IMG/VR virus record: IMGVR_UViG_3300030108_006260
Location: 1-64,000 of that record
DNA length: 64,000 nucleotides
Direction: 5' to 3' (one strand)
This document shows positions 61,772-64,000 of the stretch, one piece after another. A program made the translations under genes and the position numbers. Numbering within the stretch: the stretch's first letter is position 1; every line of letters starts with the position of its first letter. The notes below the pieces were generated by a model that saw nothing but the letters and a program-made list of their open reading frames with translations, had not been told where the DNA came from and ran no database searches.

Positions 61772-61788
61772 CTACTATCAGAAGGGTA
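61772..61788 (-). promoter_or_regulatory. phage promoter-like motif copy
   Basis: ctactatcagaagggta. Confidence 0.65.
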
Positions 61789-61792
61789 GATA

Positions 61793-61966
61793 CTAGTCAA
61801 GGTATCGCTCAGCAAGACAGGACAACGCTGAATAAACTGCGATACACAAGCAAAATACACCTATAAATATGTCAATACCTGCCACGGCATTCTGGGTAAG
61901 GTGATATGCACCCAGACCAAAACCTACAGAAGAAAAGAAGGACATAGCAACCATCCAGTACATCAT
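61793..61966 (-). CDS. small 2-TM membrane protein (57 aa) missed by the ORF track
   Basis: MMYWMVAMSFFSSVGFGLGAYHLTQNAVAGIDIFIGVFCLCIAVYSALSCLAERYLD read by hand. Confidence 0.6.
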   Translation of the reverse strand: MMYWMVAMSFFSSVGFGLGAYHLTQNAVAGIDIFIGVFCLCIAVYSALSCLAERYLD

Positions 61967-62577
61967 CACTCCTCTACTTCGTCAGGAATCATTACAGGAG
62001 GAACGGAAACCAGAGAAAAAGGAGCAGATACCCAAGGAGACCACACAGAAGCTATTTGGAGAGACTTTAAAACAAATTCCGCAGCTATGGAGGGTTCAGG
62101 CCGAGACGAAAGGTCTGGGTAGTGTGATAGAACTAACGCGGATAGAGCACCATAAGCGTAGTGTCTACCTGCTCCAATAGCACAGAAAGAGCGCTTGCTC
62201 TCCCACATTCCAAAGTCGTCATCTAGAAAGAAGTTTTTTCCGTTGAATGATAGAATGAAGCCCGAGTCTTTGATCTCTTGGTATCCGTTGGTCTCACCAA
62301 CACAGCCTGCCTCTTTCATGTATTCGCGGATCTCCTCTGACAAATCACCACGTATCCACTCCTCCGTCACTTCCTTCTTTTCTAGGACATAGTGACAAAG
62401 GGCCTTTTTGAGGACCTGTTCGTTTCTAACTGAACCGCAGATACCAACTCCCACGGGACCCACAGTGTAAACCTTGTCCTCGAAGCACAAGTCGCTTACC
62501 TCACTGTCTCCGCAGAAGGAGTCACCGCCAAGAATAACAGATCCGTCAGAACAGGATATAGAAACAACTACAGTCAT
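61966..62577 (-). CDS. Ntn-hydrolase, proteasome-beta/HslV-like peptidase
   Basis: M-T-VVV N-terminal Thr, ILGGDS, DKVY, GICGS, AIGAG..YA.GAL. Confidence 0.8.
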   Translation of the reverse strand: MTVVVSISCSDGSVILGGDSFCGDSEVSDLCFEDKVYTVGPVGVGICGSVRNEQVLKKALCHYVLEKKEVTEEWIRGDLSEEIREYMKEAGCVGETNGYQEIKDSGFILSFNGKNFFLDDDFGMWESKRSFCAIGAGRHYAYGALSALVLSHYPDLSSRPEPSIAAEFVLKSLQIASVWSPWVSAPFSLVSVPPVMIPDEVEE

Positions 62578-62656
62578 TGCATTTCTTTTTACAAAGAAAA
62601 AGACCGCAGATAATAACTTAGGTATTACAGTACAAAATAAAGTCTAGTAGTGTAAC

Positions 62657-62965
62657 TTACCGTCGTGTCTCTACAACGTAGTCGCTGGTATCCACCCCGA
62701 AAACTCCGAACCCTGCTGGGTAGTTGGCGCCTGCGGGGTCCGGTGAGGTAGTGACCCACCTAACAAATTGATCGGTGGGAACGGTAGTACGGACCCGGTT
62801 CACGTACTGAGAAACGCCGACCGTCCTAGTTGCACCCTGTAGGGGTAGCCACTCTACATCCTCAAGAGGAATAAGGTCCATTAAGTCCAAGTGGTCAACA
62901 TCCGCCATATCAAATCTGCACTGGGTAAGAGAAAGCATCCCATGGGATGTATAGATCATCACCAA
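62657..62965 (-). CDS. hypothetical protein
   Basis: ORF on the coding strand. Confidence 0.55.
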   Translation of the reverse strand: MVMIYTSHGMLSLTQCRFDMADVDHLDLMDLIPLEDVEWLPLQGATRTVGVSQYVNRVRTTVPTDQFVRWVTTSPDPAGANYPAGFGVFGVDTSDYVVETRR

Positions 62966-63913
62966 CCCTCAGGAAATCCTGGTTGGTGTACGTGGGCTGG
63001 TTTTGCCCTCGTGTAAATGAGGGAAGTTGTATTGAGCTGGGAAAAGTAGCAGTCGCTCCTTGACCTCCGTGCTGAGCCCAGAAGAGATCTTGAAGCACGC
63101 CCTTCGGGAACTTTGTAGCCGCGCCCCCCTTTGCCGCGACGATGGGGTAGCGACTCACGAGACCAAAGTCAGTCACGACGGAGAAGGGACCCACAGCGGA
63201 AGTGCCAGGCTGTGTGCCGCCCCCCGGCTCTCGGAAATAGTAGGGCTTGATGTTGTTGGTTCCTAGGAACGCTTCGGCGCCGCCGCCTTTGTCGTAGTAG
63301 CCGAGCCAATCGACCCCGCTCGACTTATCGCCGGTCCACGCTTCCATGTAGATGACAGGGTCCAAGTCTGTACCGCGCCACACGTTGAGTGGGAACATTC
63401 CGAAAATGCGGTGATTCATCGTGCTGGCTGCTGCGTAGGGCCGCGCACAGAACCCAAGAAGATGTGCTGCTGACTCGTAGCGAACCGCGCTGTCTGTCCC
63501 TTCGATATAGTCGCCTCCTGGCGCGTCGTCGCCGAAGAGAAAAAGCTGGTGTACGCCCGCCTGATCGAAGAAGTTTCCTTTCGTAGACCCGCCCGTCCCA
63601 ACGAGTTGCTGCTCTTCGGCGAGCGGAGGGCGTGTGTCTTCGGTCCCCGAAGGCACGGGAGGACTCGCAGCAAGGCGGCTGACGTATACCGCCATCGCCG
63701 CAACCGTGCTCCCTCGCTGGAACGTCAGAACGCGAATGCCGGGCGCAGGCTCCCTGATGCACTGGTAGGCGTTGTTATACNNNNNNNNNNAGATCCCGTA
63801 CCTCCTCCCGCGTAGTAGGCGGTCCACCCCAGGTTATCGATCGCGTGGCGAAAAAGGTGGTACGCGGCTTCTGCCGGGTTGCGCGCTAGTGCTGTGTTGA
63901 ACCGATAAGTCAT
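62910..63913 (-). CDS. Gly/aromatic-rich hypothetical protein spanning the assembly gap (possibly virion-associated)
   Basis: MTYRFNTALARNPAE... (63913) runs into the N gap; frame YNNAYQCIREPAPG... resumes after it; gap length is a placeholder. Confidence 0.55.
63781..63790. other. assembly gap (10 N)
   Basis: nnnnnnnnnn. Confidence 1.
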
Positions 63914-64000
63914 GAGGGCGTGACTCCTGTGGGCCAGGGGTAGAGCATGCCGGAGTTGTTGACGAAGACGCGCGCGTCGTCCTCTGCGGGCCGCGAGCGG

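Noticed and set aside
1-64000. Stop-codon recoding (alternative genetic code)
   Set aside because: Known genes (thyA, folA, IMPDH-like, rIIA) are full length under code 11, ORFs tile densely, and no credible suppressor tRNA is present.
1-64000. Prophage or bacterial chromosome origin
   Set aside because: No integrase or host housekeeping operons; single-strand dense small ORFs with rIIA/B and tRNAs indicate a large phage.

Overview
A 64-kb segment of a large (probably jumbo, T4-like/rII-bearing) lytic bacteriophage. Coding is dense and almost entirely on the minus strand, with the standard genetic code. No recognisable capsid, terminase or integrase genes are present, and there is one assembly gap at 63781-63790. 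Myxobacterial-style proteins (Cys-rich vWA lipoprotein, Asp-Gly-rich lipoprotein, TPR membrane protein, a small acidic Pro-rich protein) suggest a Myxococcota host; this is inference. The window holds accessory, nucleotide and RNA-metabolism genes: rIIA/rIIB, thyA, DHFR, IMPDH/GMP reductase, RNA ligase, two RNase H, two R2K ATP-grasp proteins, MazG-like proteins, nucleotidyltransferases, a class-II aaRS-like core, Hsp20 and a J-domain protein. It also has seven conventional-looking tRNA genes and a ~18-bp promoter-like motif repeated about 15 times. The most striking feature is at 45.5-57.1 kb. First, a sigma70-driven array of tRNA-like RNAs shares one conserved protein-binding-like module, CUUACA(C/A)GCA plus an (A/C)CUC internal loop, grafted onto tRNA bodies in three topologies, including a circularly permuted tRNA reminiscent of bacterial YrlA Y RNAs. 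Second, next to it lies a dispersed phage-encoded ubiquitin-like set (E1/ThiF, Ubl ending in Gly, JAB, E2-like) and a TROVE/Ro60-like vWA protein. All product calls come from motif recognition by eye, not from database searches.
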